Positions 37,665 to 48,321 of a stretch of 64,000 nt of DNA are shown here, piece after piece. Origin of the DNA: an uncultured Chloroflexota bacterium (GTDB lineage: Bacteria; Chloroflexota; UBA6077; CF-72); assembly GCA_964435115.1 (NCBI GenBank), contig CAYSYM010000012.1, positions 1,088-65,087 of the forward strand, written 5' to 3'. Made by a program: the position numbers and the translations under genes. Position 1 is the first letter of the stretch. Each line of letters begins with the position of its first letter. The notes under the pieces are model-generated. The model was not told where the DNA came from, searched no databases, and saw nothing but the letters and a program-made list of their open reading frames with translations.

Positions 37665-38897
37665 ATGGCCATCGCGGTACGACCGGAGCGTCCGAGGGGC
37701 GCGCCCGCCGGGGAGCAAGAGCAGCTCCTGACTGGTTCGGAGGCCATCGCCCAGGCGCTGCGCATGGCGGACGTGGACATCATGGCCGCCTACCCCATCC
37801 GCCCGTACGACGCCGTTATGCAGGCGGTCGCCAAGATGATCGCCAATGGCGAGATGGACTGCGAGTACATCGTCGCTGAGGGCGAGCACTCCCAGTTTGA
37901 GCTGGTCAAGCACGCCAGCGCGGTCGGCGCCCGCTCCTTCGTCGGGTCCTCCGGCGTGGGCTGGTTCTACGCCTTCGAGTCGATCGCGGTGACGGCCGGG
38001 CTGCGGCTGCCCGTCGTGGCCAACGTGGGCAACCGCGCGCTGGACGACCCGGGCGCCTTCGGGGTGGAGCACAACGACGCGCTCGCGGTGCGCGACCTGG
38101 GCTGGCTGATGACCTGGGTGGAGACCGGCCAGGAGGCGTTCGACGCGACGGTGATCGCCTACCGCGTGGCCGAGGATAGCCAGGTGAGTCTGCCGGTGGC
38201 CATCTGCACCGACGGGGCGTTCCTGACCCACTCGCAGCACCTGGTGAAGCTGCCGCCCAGGGAGCTGGTGGCGGAGTACCTGCCGCGGTACGACCTGGGG
38301 AACCGGCTCTTCCACCCGGACAACCCCATCACCATCGCCCCGCAGGTCGACCAGGACTGGCTGATGGAGATCCGCAGGCAGAACGACGCGGCCGCGCGCC
38401 AGGCGCCGGAAGTGATTCGGCAGGCCTACCGCGAGTTCTACGAGCTGTTCGGCCGCCAGCGGGAGCCGTTCGTCGAGGAGTACATGACCGACGACGCGGA
38501 CTACGTGCTCGTGGGGCAGGGGACGATCGCCATGCCCGGGCGCGTCACGGTGCGCCGGCTGCGAGAGCAGGGCCACAAGGTGGGTTTCGTCCGGCTCAAG
38601 TGGTTCCGGCCGTTCCCTACCGAGGATATCCTGGCCAGCTTGAGCCGCTTCAAGGGCGTGGGCATCATCGACCGCGACTACAGCTTCGGCTCGCCGCACC
38701 ACGGTGGCGTGCTCTTCACCGAAATGCGAGCCGCCTTCTACGACGTGCCCAAGCGGCCAGCTATGATCAACTTCATCGCCGGTCTGGGCGGGCGCGAGAT
38801 TACCGCCGGCGAGGGCGCGGACATGTTCCGCCTGGTGCAGGAGGCGTCGGTCGGCGGCCTGAAGGACAACGTCTTCTGGATTGGCGTCCGCGAGTAG
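37665..38897 (+). CDS. 2-oxoacid:ferredoxin oxidoreductase alpha subunit (PorA-like)
   Basis: POR domain I and II conserved blocks (GSEAIAQAL...AYPIRPY..., VGFVRLKWFRPFP). RBS GGGAGGAGAGGAG. Confidence 0.9.
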   Translation: MAIAVRPERPRGAPAGEQEQLLTGSEAIAQALRMADVDIMAAYPIRPYDAVMQAVAKMIANGEMDCEYIVAEGEHSQFELVKHASAVGARSFVGSSGVGWFYAFESIAVTAGLRLPVVANVGNRALDDPGAFGVEHNDALAVRDLGWLMTWVETGQEAFDATVIAYRVAEDSQVSLPVAICTDGAFLTHSQHLVKLPPRELVAEYLPRYDLGNRLFHPDNPITIAPQVDQDWLMEIRRQNDAAARQAPEVIRQAYREFYELFGRQREPFVEEYMTDDADYVLVGQGTIAMPGRVTVRRLREQGHKVGFVRLKWFRPFPTEDILASLSRFKGVGIIDRDYSFGSPHHGGVLFTEMRAAFYDVPKRPAMINFIAGLGGREITAGEGADMFRLVQEASVGGLKDNVFWIGVRE

Positions 38898-38915
38898 CAG
38901 GGGAGAGGGAGACCC

Positions 38916-39947
38916 ATGGCTCTGGCAACTGAACCCACCACCGAGCTCGTCGATCTGAGCTCGATCAAGACCGTCAAGCAGGTGCCGTACACCGAGTACT
39001 TCGTCTCGGGGCACCGCACCTGCCAGGGATGTGAGTCGGCGCTGGTCATGCGCTACATCGCGAAGGCGGCCGGGCCACGCACGATCGTGCTGGGTAGCAC
39101 GGGGTGCATGTACGTGGCCAACACCAGCTACTACACCACGCCGTGGGTGGTGCCCTGGATGCACACCCAGCTCGGCGCGGCCGGCTCGGCGGCGCTGGGC
39201 GCGGCGGCCGGGCTGAAGGTGCTGATGCGCAAGGGCAAGCTGAAGGACGAGCCGATCAATGTGATCGCCTTCTGTGGCGACGGCGGCGGCGCCGACATGG
39301 GCCTGGGCGCCATCAGCGCCTCGCTCACCCACGCCGACTACCGCTTCCTAATCATCCTGTACGACAACGAGTCGTACGCTAACACCGACATCCAGCTCTC
39401 CGGCTCGACACCCTACGGCGCGGTCACGACCTTCTCGCCTACAGGCAAGAAGCGGCGGCTCATGCACACGCGCTGGAAGAAGAACACCCCAGGGGCGCTG
39501 CTGGCGGGGCACCCGGACGCGGCCTACATCGCCACCGCGGACGCGGCCTTCGGCGTGGACTTCATGAACAAGGTGCGCAAGGGCCTCGCTTCCGGCGGGC
39601 CGGCGTTCATCCAGGTGCTCGATCCCTGCCCCAAGGGGTGGCATTATGACCCGCAGCTCTCCAGCGAGCTCGGCAAGCTGGCGGTCGAGACCGGCGTCTG
39701 GCCCCTGTGGGAGATGGAGCACCACAAGGTCAGCCTGAACAGCACGACCAAGGCGATCGCCGAGGGGCGGTTCAAGCGGAAGCCGGTGCGGGAGTACCTG
39801 AGCCGGCAGGGCCGGTTCGCCCACTTCACCGACGAGGACTACACCTACTTCCAGCGGCGCGTGGACGAGATGTGGACTGACTGGCTCATCCCGGGCGTCG
39901 TCTCCTTCGGGGTGGAGCGCGGCACGCCGCTCAACGTCCCGGCGTAA
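38916..39947 (+). CDS. 2-oxoacid:ferredoxin oxidoreductase beta subunit (TPP-binding, PorB-like)
   Basis: GHRTCQGCE...GCMYV Cys cluster and TPP-binding GDGGGADMG motif. Confidence 0.9.
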   Translation: MALATEPTTELVDLSSIKTVKQVPYTEYFVSGHRTCQGCESALVMRYIAKAAGPRTIVLGSTGCMYVANTSYYTTPWVVPWMHTQLGAAGSAALGAAAGLKVLMRKGKLKDEPINVIAFCGDGGGADMGLGAISASLTHADYRFLIILYDNESYANTDIQLSGSTPYGAVTTFSPTGKKRRLMHTRWKKNTPGALLAGHPDAAYIATADAAFGVDFMNKVRKGLASGGPAFIQVLDPCPKGWHYDPQLSSELGKLAVETGVWPLWEMEHHKVSLNSTTKAIAEGRFKRKPVREYLSRQGRFAHFTDEDYTYFQRRVDEMWTDWLIPGVVSFGVERGTPLNVPA

Positions 39948-40177
39948 GCGCGCTGCCTCCTTGCGCTCGAGGTGGATCTGAGGCTGGCCCCGGCTGGGCC
40001 GTACTCCAGCCGGGGCCAGCCGTGCCCACACGCTTCACACCCTTCTCCACGGGAAGCGCGACGCACGTGGGCTGAGTCGTGCCAGGCCCTGGCCGGCTGG
40101 CCTGCCGGCCACGGGCGGCCCCGTGGAGCGGCCACCGGCTCGTTCGCCTCTCCGAGGGCGGGCGCGGCGCTGGCGCG

Positions 40178-41368
40178 TCAGGCGGCGCCGGCCTGGAGCA
40201 GGCGGATCTCGTCCTCCGAGTAACCCACCTCGCGCAGCACCTCAGCCGTGTGCTGCCCCAGCAGCGGCGGCCCGCATCGGATCTCGGCGGGTGTCGCCGA
40301 GAGGCGGTAGGCGAAGCCGGTCGTCTGCAGGCCCTTCACATTCGGATGAGGGGTGGGCTGGGCGAGCTGGAGGTGCTGCGCCTGAGGATCGGCGAACACC
40401 TCCGCCAGGTCGAACACGGGACCGACAGGCACTTCGGCGCCTGAGAGCGCCTCGATCACCTCGGCGGTTGCCATCGTCCGCAGGCGTTCCTGGATCAGGG
40501 CGCTGAGCGCGTCACGGTTCGCCACCCGATCCGGATTCGACGCGAAGCGCGGATCCTCGAGCAGCGCCTGCAGCCCGAGCGCGTGGCAGAGCCGCTGCCA
40601 CATCCCCTCGTTCCCGCACGCGACGTTGACGTAACTATCCCGCGTCGGGAAGGTCTCGTACGGGGCGATGCTGGCGTGGCGGTTGCCGATCCGCGCCGGC
40701 GCCCGGCGCGTGGCGAAGTAGCGGCCGGCCAGGTGCGTGAGCATGGCCACCTGGCTGCCGAGCATCGAGGTATCGATCCACTGGCCCCGGCGCTGCGGGT
40801 CGCGCTCGCGGGCGAAGAGGGCGGCCACCACGGCGAACGCGGCGAACATACCCGCCGTGATGTCCGCGACCGGCGGGCCCACCTTGGTCGGTGGCCCGTC
40901 CGGCTCGCCCGTCAGGCCCTGGAACCCCCCTATCCCCTGCAGGATCGCATCGTAGGCCGGCTGCATGGCGCGCGGCCCCGTCTGGCCGAAGCCGGAGATC
41001 GAACAGTAGACCAGCGACGGGTTGAGCGACTGCGCCTGCTGGTAGCTCAGCCCCAGACGATCCATCGTCCCCGGCCGGAAGTTCTCCACCAGCACGTCCG
41101 CGCGCGCGGCGAGCCGCTGCAGGGCTGCCTGGCCCCTGGCGCCCTTCAGATCGAGCGCCACACTGCGCTTGTTGCGATTGACGCTCAGGAAGTAGCTGCT
41201 CTCGTCCGCCTGGAACGGCGGGCCCCACTGGCGGGTCTCGTCGCCGGACCCTGGCAGCTCGATCTTCACCACGTCGGCGCCCATGTCGCCGAGCATGAGG
41301 GTGCAGTACGGTCCCGCCAGCGCGCGGGTGAGGTCAAGGACGCGGATGCCCGCGAGAGGTCCAGCCAT
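40178..41368 (-). CDS. CoA-transferase family III (CaiB/BaiF) protein
   Basis: GIRVLDLTRALAGPYCT...DVVKIE...LVENFRPG are family III hallmarks, including the catalytic Asp region. Confidence 0.85.
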   Translation of the reverse strand: MAGPLAGIRVLDLTRALAGPYCTLMLGDMGADVVKIELPGSGDETRQWGPPFQADESSYFLSVNRNKRSVALDLKGARGQAALQRLAARADVLVENFRPGTMDRLGLSYQQAQSLNPSLVYCSISGFGQTGPRAMQPAYDAILQGIGGFQGLTGEPDGPPTKVGPPVADITAGMFAAFAVVAALFARERDPQRRGQWIDTSMLGSQVAMLTHLAGRYFATRRAPARIGNRHASIAPYETFPTRDSYVNVACGNEGMWQRLCHALGLQALLEDPRFASNPDRVANRDALSALIQERLRTMATAEVIEALSGAEVPVGPVFDLAEVFADPQAQHLQLAQPTPHPNVKGLQTTGFAYRLSATPAEIRCGPPLLGQHTAEVLREVGYSEDEIRLLQAGAA

Positions 41369-41476
41369 GCGCGCCCATGGTAGCCGAGCAGTGCGATTAC
41401 GGTCGGATCACACCTGCGGCAGCGGATGAGAGCCGCCTGGCCGGGCCGGGTGGGGGGCGCTAGACTGCCTGGAGGG

Positions 41477-42106
41477 ATGTCCGAAGACACGCTCGAGCAG
41501 GTGGCCGCGGACGTCCGGCGCTGCCAGAAGTGCCGCCTGTTCAAGACGGCGACGCAGGGCGTCCCCGGCGAAGGCAGCCCGACCGCCGAGGTCATGTTCA
41601 TCGGGGAAGGGCCGGGCTACCACGAGGACCAGCAGGGCCGGCCGTTCGTCGGCGTGGCCGGCCAGCTCCTCGACGAGATGATCGCGCGCATCGGCCTGCG
41701 GCGCGCCGACGTGTTCATCACCAACGTCGTGCGCCACCGACCGCCGGACAACCGCGATCCAGCGCCGGACGAGCTGGCCGCCTGCGATGAGTACACGCAG
41801 CGGCAGATCGCGCTGCTCAGACCCAGGCTGATCGTGACCCTGGGCCGCTACTCGATGGCGCGCTTCTTCGGCGCGGACGCCAGGATCAGTCGCATCCACG
41901 GCCAGACCACCAGGTGGAACGGCATCACCTGTCTCGCCATGTACCACCCCGCCGCCGTCCTGCGAGCGCAATCGTCCGACATGCGCCGCGCCTACGCGGA
42001 CGATTTTGCCAGGATCCCGGCCCTGCTGCAGCAGGTCGAGCGGCAGCCGGAGCCTCACCTCCCGCCCGGGTCGCCGGAGAAGGTCGACCAGCTCCCCCTG
42101 TTCTGA
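41477..42106 (+). CDS. uracil-DNA glycosylase, family 4
   Basis: CQKCRL...GEGPG...VGVAGQLLD...HPAAVLR motifs. Start at MSEDT. Confidence 0.85.
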   Translation: MSEDTLEQVAADVRRCQKCRLFKTATQGVPGEGSPTAEVMFIGEGPGYHEDQQGRPFVGVAGQLLDEMIARIGLRRADVFITNVVRHRPPDNRDPAPDELAACDEYTQRQIALLRPRLIVTLGRYSMARFFGADARISRIHGQTTRWNGITCLAMYHPAAVLRAQSSDMRRAYADDFARIPALLQQVERQPEPHLPPGSPEKVDQLPLF

Positions 42107-42111
42107 GCCAT

Positions 42112-44406
42112 ATGGTCATCCGCTCAGTCGCGCAACCGACCCGCGGTCCGGCCACGCCGGGCAGCCGTCGGCGCCCCCATGCGCCCCAAGGGCGCAGCCG
42201 CTGGCCGCTCGTGCGAGACGGCCTCGCCGTCCTGGCGATCGCGCTGGGGATCTTCCTGGGGGTCGTGGTGTTCCTTCCCAGTGAGGGGCGGGTAGCTGGC
42301 CCGCTGCGCGACGCCCTAGCGCTGCTGCTCGGCCGTGGGACGTTCCTGCTCCCTATCGTGCTCGTCGCCTCGGGGGCTGCCGTGCTCACGCGCAGCCTTT
42401 TCCCTGAGGTGCCCATCCCCTTTGCCCGGCTGACTGGCGCGGCGCTGCTCGCCGCGGCGGCGCTGCCCTCCATGCAGCTCGTCGGCCTCGAGCCCGGCGA
42501 GTCGCTGGCGCGGGCCCAGGCGCGCGACGGCGGTGGGTTGGTGGGGCACTGGCTGGCCACCGGCCTGCTGGAGTGGCTGGGAGGGCCGGCGACGACCGCG
42601 CTCCTGGCCGGGGCGATCGCCATCGGCCTGCTGCTCGCGTCCGACCTCACAGTAGGGGAGGTCGCGCACGCCCTCTCGGTCGCCGCGCGCTGGCTGTGGC
42701 ACTACCTCGTCCTGCTCGCCCGCGCCGGGACGCGCGCGGCCGGCGCGGCCGGCGCTGCCCTCTCCGCCCGGCGTGGCGCGCGGGCTCCCAGCCCGAGCGC
42801 ATGGCCACGCTGGCCGGTCGGGCGGACCAGCCGTGGATCGGCCGTCCCACCCGCGGCATCGGCCGTGCCCGCCCCCCCAGCCATGCTGCCCCGCCCGGGC
42901 ACGGAGCCTATCATGGCTCCCTCGGCAGAGTGGGAGCGCCACCCGGCGCGGCTCACGCAGGCGGGCCCACCCGCATCGGCGCCGGTACCCAGCGTGGCGT
43001 CCGTGGTCGCGCCACCGCTCCCAGTCGCACCGGCGCCGGCGAGCCCGGCGGAACTGTGGCGGCTGCCGACGATTGACCTCTTCCGGCCGCGCCCCCAGGC
43101 CGAGCTGGGCGCTACGGACTTGCGGGCGCGGGCGCGCATCATCGAAGACACACTGGCCAGCTTCAACATCGAGGCGAGGGTGGTCGAGATGAACCAGGGC
43201 CCGGCCGTCACCCAGTTCGGCGTGGAGCCGGCGCACGGCGTGGCCGTGAACCGCATCCTCTCGCGCCAGAACGACCTGGCGCTTCGGCTGGGCGCGTCCC
43301 CCATCCGCCTGGAGGCGCCGGTGCCGGGCAAGCGCCTGGTCGGCGTGGAGGTGCCGAACCGGTCGATCGCCACGGTCACCCTGCGCGACGTCGTCGAGTC
43401 GCCCGACTGGGAGCGCGGGCGCGGCAAGCTGCGGATCTTGCTCGGGCGGGACGTGTCCGGCCAGTCGATCGTTGGCGACCTGTCCCGGATGCCACACCTG
43501 CTGATCGCCGGCGCGACGGGCTCGGGCAAGAGCGTGTGCCTCAACGCGATCGTCGGCAGCCTGCTGTACCAGCTCACGCCCGACGAGCTCCAGCTCGTGA
43601 TGATCGACCCGAAGCGAGTCGAGCTGGCGGCGTACGCCGACATCCCGCACCTGCGGCTCCCCGTGGTGACCGAGATGGGGAAGGTGGTTGGCGCGCTGAA
43701 GTGGGTGGTGCTGGAGATGGAGCGGCGCTACAAGCTCTTCGCCCAGCGCGGCGTGCGTCACCTGGAGGGGTACAACCGCTGGGCCGTGGGCCAGGAGCGC
43801 GCCGAGGAGCGTCCACTCCCGTTCCTGGTGGTGGTAATCGACGAGCTGGCGGACATGATGATGACCGCGGCCGAGGAGGTGGAGAAGAAGCTGTGCCGGC
43901 TGGCGCAGCTCGCCCGGGCGACAGGCATCCACCTGGTCGTGGCGACGCAGCGGCCGAGCGTGGATGTAGTGACCGGCTTGATCAAGGCGAACTTCCCCAC
44001 GCGGATCGCCTTCGCGGTGTCGTCGCAGACCGATTCCCGGGTAATCCTGGACCAGGCGGGTGCCGAGAAGCTGCTCGGACGGGGCGATGCGCTATACACG
44101 CCGCCCGACGCGATGAAGCCCATTCGCCTCCAGGGCGCGTTCGTGTCTGACGAGGAGATCCAGGCGCTCGTGACCCACTGGCAGGAGCAAGGTGGGCCGC
44201 GCTACACGGATGAGGAAGTAGAGCAGGTAGAGTCTCTCGGTCGGGGCGGTGACGAGGACGACGACGTGTACGAGCGGGCCGTCGAGCTGGCCGAAACAGT
44301 GGGCCGGCTCTCGGCCTCGCTCCTCCAGCGGCGTCTGGGGATCGGCCACGTCCGCGCCCAGCGGCTGCTGGACCGATTGGTCGACGAGGGCATCGCCGAG
44401 GAGTAG
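42112..44406 (+). CDS. ftsK: DNA translocase FtsK/SpoIIIE
   Basis: N-terminal TM segments, Pro/Ala linker, FtsK alpha/beta motor (GATGSGKS, VVIDELADMMM) and C-terminal winged-helix gamma domain. Confidence 0.9.
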   Translation: MVIRSVAQPTRGPATPGSRRRPHAPQGRSRWPLVRDGLAVLAIALGIFLGVVVFLPSEGRVAGPLRDALALLLGRGTFLLPIVLVASGAAVLTRSLFPEVPIPFARLTGAALLAAAALPSMQLVGLEPGESLARAQARDGGGLVGHWLATGLLEWLGGPATTALLAGAIAIGLLLASDLTVGEVAHALSVAARWLWHYLVLLARAGTRAAGAAGAALSARRGARAPSPSAWPRWPVGRTSRGSAVPPAASAVPAPPAMLPRPGTEPIMAPSAEWERHPARLTQAGPPASAPVPSVASVVAPPLPVAPAPASPAELWRLPTIDLFRPRPQAELGATDLRARARIIEDTLASFNIEARVVEMNQGPAVTQFGVEPAHGVAVNRILSRQNDLALRLGASPIRLEAPVPGKRLVGVEVPNRSIATVTLRDVVESPDWERGRGKLRILLGRDVSGQSIVGDLSRMPHLLIAGATGSGKSVCLNAIVGSLLYQLTPDELQLVMIDPKRVELAAYADIPHLRLPVVTEMGKVVGALKWVVLEMERRYKLFAQRGVRHLEGYNRWAVGQERAEERPLPFLVVVIDELADMMMTAAEEVEKKLCRLAQLARATGIHLVVATQRPSVDVVTGLIKANFPTRIAFAVSSQTDSRVILDQAGAEKLLGRGDALYTPPDAMKPIRLQGAFVSDEEIQALVTHWQEQGGPRYTDEEVEQVESLGRGGDEDDDVYERAVELAETVGRLSASLLQRRLGIGHVRAQRLLDRLVDEGIAEE

Positions 44407-44647
44407 GCGGCGCGTGCGTTTGCCTGTGAGCAGAGCGGAGCCGCGTGATAGAATCAGCCGAAACGGCGCCGGGGCCGGCCGCGCCTGAGGCGCACCGCCA
44501 GGCTCCGTTCGCCCGACGCGGCCGGCCCCTGTCCAGCCGAGCCAGCGCGTCGTTACCGCCGCGTGGATGGGTGCGCGATCCACCTCGGGGACTGGTGGCA
44601 GAGCCAGCTTCGCCAGGCATGCTCGCTCCTCCCGAAAGGATGGCCCT

Positions 44648-44998
44648 GTGGCTCAGACCAAGACTTCTCAACGCAGCCCGTCACGCGTGGGGGTGAACCG
44701 CGAGCAAGCCCGCCGCGGCGCCTTCGCTGCGCCCACCCCGGGACGCCCGGCGGCCCCCATGCCGGCCGCTGCCGGGCGGGGGCGCCGGGGCGGCCCCACG
44801 TCTATCGTGGGCTTCGTGCGGGACATTCGATCGGAGCTGCGGAAGGTCACCTGGCCGACGACGCGCGAGACCACCAACCTGACCGTTGTCGTCCTGGCGC
44901 TGTCGATCGCGGTTGGCCTCTTCCTCGGCGGGGTGGACTTCATCTTCCAGGAGTTCTTCCGACTCCTGCTGAGCCTGACCGGAAACGGTGGATTCTGA
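44648..44998 (+). CDS. secE: preprotein translocase subunit SecE
   Basis: GTG start with RBS AAGGA. The C-terminal VRDIRSELRKVTWPTTRETTNLTVVVLALSIAVGLFLGGVDFIF is the SecE TM helix. It precedes nusG with a TGATG overlap. Confidence 0.8.
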   Translation: MAQTKTSQRSPSRVGVNREQARRGAFAAPTPGRPAAPMPAAAGRGRRGGPTSIVGFVRDIRSELRKVTWPTTRETTNLTVVVLALSIAVGLFLGGVDFIFQEFFRLLLSLTGNGGF

Positions 44999-45597
44999 TG
45001 GAGGAGCAGACCAGAGTCGCGGAGCGGGGGGCGGGGATGCGAGCGCCCGACGAGGTGGCGCAGCCTGACGCCAACCGCAAGTGGTACGTCATCCACACCT
45101 ACTCGGGGTACGAGAACAAGGTCAAGACGAACCTGGAGCACCGCATCGACTCGATGGGCGTCCAGGACAGGATCTTCCAGGTGGTCATCCCCACCGAGGA
45201 GGAGATCGAGATCAAGGACGGCCAGCGCCGGACGGTCCAGAAGAAGGTGTTCCCCGGCTACGTGCTGGTCGAGATGGCGATGAACGACGACGCCTGGTAC
45301 GTGGTGCGCAACACGCCCGGTGTCACCGGGTTCGTCGGCTCCGGCACGCGCCCATCGCCGCTGCAGGACGAGGACGTCAAGAAGATCCTGAAGAAGATCG
45401 GCCAGGAGCCGCCCAAGGTGAAGGTGAGCTTCGCCAAGGGCGAGCGCGTCAAAGTCGTGGACGGCCCCTTCACCGACTTCATCGGTATCGTCGACGACAT
45501 CAACGCCGAGAAGGGCAAGGTCCGCGTGCTGGTGTCATTCTTCGGCCGCGAGACGCCGGTCGAGCTGGACTTCCTGCAGGTGCAGCGGATCGTGTGA
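44998..45597 (+). CDS. nusG: transcription termination/antitermination factor NusG
   Basis: NGN domain (WYVIHTYSGYENKV) and KOW (GERVKVVDGPFTDFIGIVDDI). Confidence 0.9.
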   Translation: MEEQTRVAERGAGMRAPDEVAQPDANRKWYVIHTYSGYENKVKTNLEHRIDSMGVQDRIFQVVIPTEEEIEIKDGQRRTVQKKVFPGYVLVEMAMNDDAWYVVRNTPGVTGFVGSGTRPSPLQDEDVKKILKKIGQEPPKVKVSFAKGERVKVVDGPFTDFIGIVDDINAEKGKVRVLVSFFGRETPVELDFLQVQRIV

Positions 45598-45776
45598 CGC
45601 GAGCCGCCGCGACGGCAGGTCGCAGGTATTGGCTAGGTATTGGGTGTTAGGTATCGGGGTCTCAGGAGGGGGCTCCCTGCGCTCAGACCGGACGCTTGCA
45701 AGCTGCAATCTGCAATCTGACATCCGGGAACCGGCCCCCGACTCCGGTACCCAACACCTGACATCTGGAGAGACGT

Positions 45777-46202
45777 GTGGCGAAGAAAGTGAAGGCGGTC
45801 ATCACCCTGCAGCTCCCGGCAGGAAAGGCGACCCCGGCACCGCCGGTGGGCCCTGCGCTCGGGCAGCACGGGATCAACATGATGCAGTTCCTGAAGGAGT
45901 ACAACGAACGGACGGCGGCGCAGGCTGGGACGGTGATCCCGGCGCTGATCACCGTCTATGAGGATCGCTCCTTCTCCTTCGTCACCAAGACGCCGCCTGC
46001 GGCCGACCTGATCAAGAAGGCGGCCGGCATCGAGAAAGGCAGTGGTGCCGCCGGGCGCACCGCCGCGGGCACGCTCTCGCGCGCCAAGGTGCGGGAGATT
46101 GCCGAGGTGAAGCTGAAGGACCTGAATGCCAACGACCTCGAGGCGGCGATGCGGATCGTCGAAGGGTCCGCGCGAAGCATGGGTGTCCGGGTCCAGGACT
46201 GA
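45777..46202 (+). CDS. rplK: 50S ribosomal protein L11
   Basis: [38 protein letters not shown]... GTG start. Confidence 0.95.
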   Translation: MAKKVKAVITLQLPAGKATPAPPVGPALGQHGINMMQFLKEYNERTAAQAGTVIPALITVYEDRSFSFVTKTPPAADLIKKAAGIEKGSGAAGRTAAGTLSRAKVREIAEVKLKDLNANDLEAAMRIVEGSARSMGVRVQD

Positions 46203-46279
46203 GGGACGCGCGGCGCGCGGACGTTCGTGGGAGGCAGGCGGAGCGCCTGCCGCAGGAACCACAGGGAGGTGCACACTGC

Positions 46280-46993
46280 ATGGCGCAGCAGGGAAAGAAG
46301 TACCGGGCCGCGGCCGAGCGGGTTGATGGCCGGGCGGCGTACGCGCCCGAGGAGGGCGTGCGGCTGGTGAAAGAGACCGCGTTCGCCCGCTTCGACGAGT
46401 CGGTCGAGCTGCACATTCGCACGGGCGTGGACCCGCGCCACGCGGACCAGCTCGTGCGGGGCTCGGCGGTGCTCCCCGCCGGCACGGGCCGGCCGGTGCG
46501 CGTGCTGGCGTTCGCGCAGGGCGACAAGGCGCGCGAGGCCGAAGCCGCCGGGGCCGACTACGTGGGCGCGGACGACCTCGTCCAGCGCATCCAGGGCGGC
46601 TGGACCGACTTCGACGTGGCGGTGGCGACCCCTGACATGATGGGGATGGTGGGACGCCTGGGGAAGATCCTCGGCCCGCGCGGCCTGATGCCGAACCCGC
46701 GCTCGGGGACGGTCACGCCCGAGATCGACCGCGCGATCCGTGAGATCAAGGGCGGCCGCGTCGAGTTCCGCGTGGACAAGACAGGCGTCATCCACGCCCC
46801 CATTGGCAAGGTCAGCTTCCCTGAGGAGCAGATCCTGCGCAACCTCGGCGCCCTCGTCGATGCCGTCGTGCGCGCGAAGCCGAGTGGCGCCAAGGGGCAG
46901 TACATTCGCTCCGTCACCATCGCAGCCACCATGGGCCCCGGGGTGAAGCTGGACCTCCAGCCAACGCTGGCGCTCGCGACGGCGGAGAGCTAA
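46280..46993 (+). CDS. rplA: 50S ribosomal protein L1
   Basis: L1 fold motifs ([17 protein letters not shown]...[13 protein letters not shown]). Confidence 0.95.
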   Translation: MAQQGKKYRAAAERVDGRAAYAPEEGVRLVKETAFARFDESVELHIRTGVDPRHADQLVRGSAVLPAGTGRPVRVLAFAQGDKAREAEAAGADYVGADDLVQRIQGGWTDFDVAVATPDMMGMVGRLGKILGPRGLMPNPRSGTVTPEIDRAIREIKGGRVEFRVDKTGVIHAPIGKVSFPEEQILRNLGALVDAVVRAKPSGAKGQYIRSVTIAATMGPGVKLDLQPTLALATAES

Positions 46994-47348
46994 ACTCTCG
47001 CCAGCTCCAACTGCATAGCCGCAGACCGCCGGTGCCCCGCGCTCGGGGCCGAAAGGCTGGGAAGATCGCCCAGTCGCCCGCCGAGGCGAAACCCCGGGTG
47101 CCAGGGTCTGGCGCCGGGTCTCGGGGCATGCTCCCCGACACCCGATACCAGACACCTGATCCCCCGACGGCCTTCGACCTCGGTGCAGGTCGGAGGCCTT
47201 TCTGTTGGCAGGCGAGGGCGCGCGCTGGTCGTCGTCGCGCCGGGGTGGCCGGTGCGAGACCGGCGCCCGCGAGCGGCTGGTGGCGAGCCGCGGGCGATGC
47301 CCGGCTCCGGGCAAGCGAAGCGACTCATGAAAGGAGGGGCGTCCCCTG

Positions 47349-47918
47349 GTGGCCAAGAGTGGCGCGAAGGCCCGCGCGGAGAAGGCGGAGGCGATCGAGG
47401 TGCTCGCTGCGAGGCTGGCCGGCGCCGAGATCGCCGTGCTCACCGGGTATCGGGGCCTCTCGGTGGCGGACATCCGCGACCTGCGGACTCGGTTTCGGCC
47501 GGTGGGCGTGGACTACGTGGTGGCGAAGAACACGCTCGCGCGCTTCGCCGCCGAGCGGACCGGCCGCACGGCGATCGTGGGGGATCTCGAAGGCCCCACC
47601 GCGATCGCCTTCGGCTCGGATCCCGTCGCCACGGCGAAGGTGCTGCAGGAGTTCATCCGCGCCAACAAGGTGCTGGTGCTCAAGTCAGCCCTGCTCGGGG
47701 GCCGGCGGCTCGATAGCCGCGAGCTGGACGAGCTCGCCAGCCTGCCGCCCGTCGACGAGCTACGGGCGAGGACGTTCGGGATGATCGTGAGCCCGCTCCA
47801 GCGGACCGTGAGCGTTCTCACGGCACCGCTGGCCGGGTTGGCGCGGGTGATCGAAGCGAGAAGGAACTCCGTGGAAGAGTCCGGTGGCAGTGCCGCCGCG
47901 GAAGGAGGAGCAGCCGAC
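47349..47918 (+). CDS. rplJ: 50S ribosomal protein L10, with no stop codon: the reading frame continues in frame into rplL
   Basis: The L10 domain [25 protein letters not shown]... runs to ...[27 protein letters not shown] and is followed directly, in the same frame, by the rplL ATG. No stop codon occurs anywhere in that frame between the two. RBS AAAGGAGGGG. Confidence 0.8.
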
Positions 47919-48302
47919 ATGGCAACGGTTGACGAGCTGGCCAAGAGTCTTGGCGATCTGAAGGTGCTGGATCTCGCCGCGCTGGTGAAGCGGCTGGAGG
48001 AAGAGTGGGGGGTCTCGGCTGCGGCGGTCGCGGCGCCGGTGGCCGCCGCGCCTGCGGCTGCTGGCCCGGCCGCGCCGCCCGTGGAGGAGAAGACCGAGTT
48101 CGACGTGGTGCTGAAGGAGTTCGGGGCCAAGAAGATCGAGGTGATCAAGGTCGTCCGCGAGCTGACCAGCCTCGGCCTGAAAGAGGCCAAGGACCTCGTG
48201 GAGGCCGCCCCGAAGCCAGTGCTCGAAGGTGTGGCCAAGGACGCCGCCGAAGCGGCCGCCACCAAGCTGCGCGACGCCGGCGCGACCGTCGAGGTCGTCT
48301 AG
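47919..48302 (+). CDS. rplL: 50S ribosomal protein L7/L12
   Basis: [49 protein letters not shown]...[25 protein letters not shown]. Own strong RBS GAAGGAGGAG 8 nt upstream. Confidence 0.9.
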   Translation: MATVDELAKSLGDLKVLDLAALVKRLEEEWGVSAAAVAAPVAAAPAAAGPAAPPVEEKTEFDVVLKEFGAKKIEVIKVVRELTSLGLKEAKDLVEAAPKPVLEGVAKDAAEAAATKLRDAGATVEVV

Positions 48303-48321
48303 CGGCTCCAGGGTCGAACGG

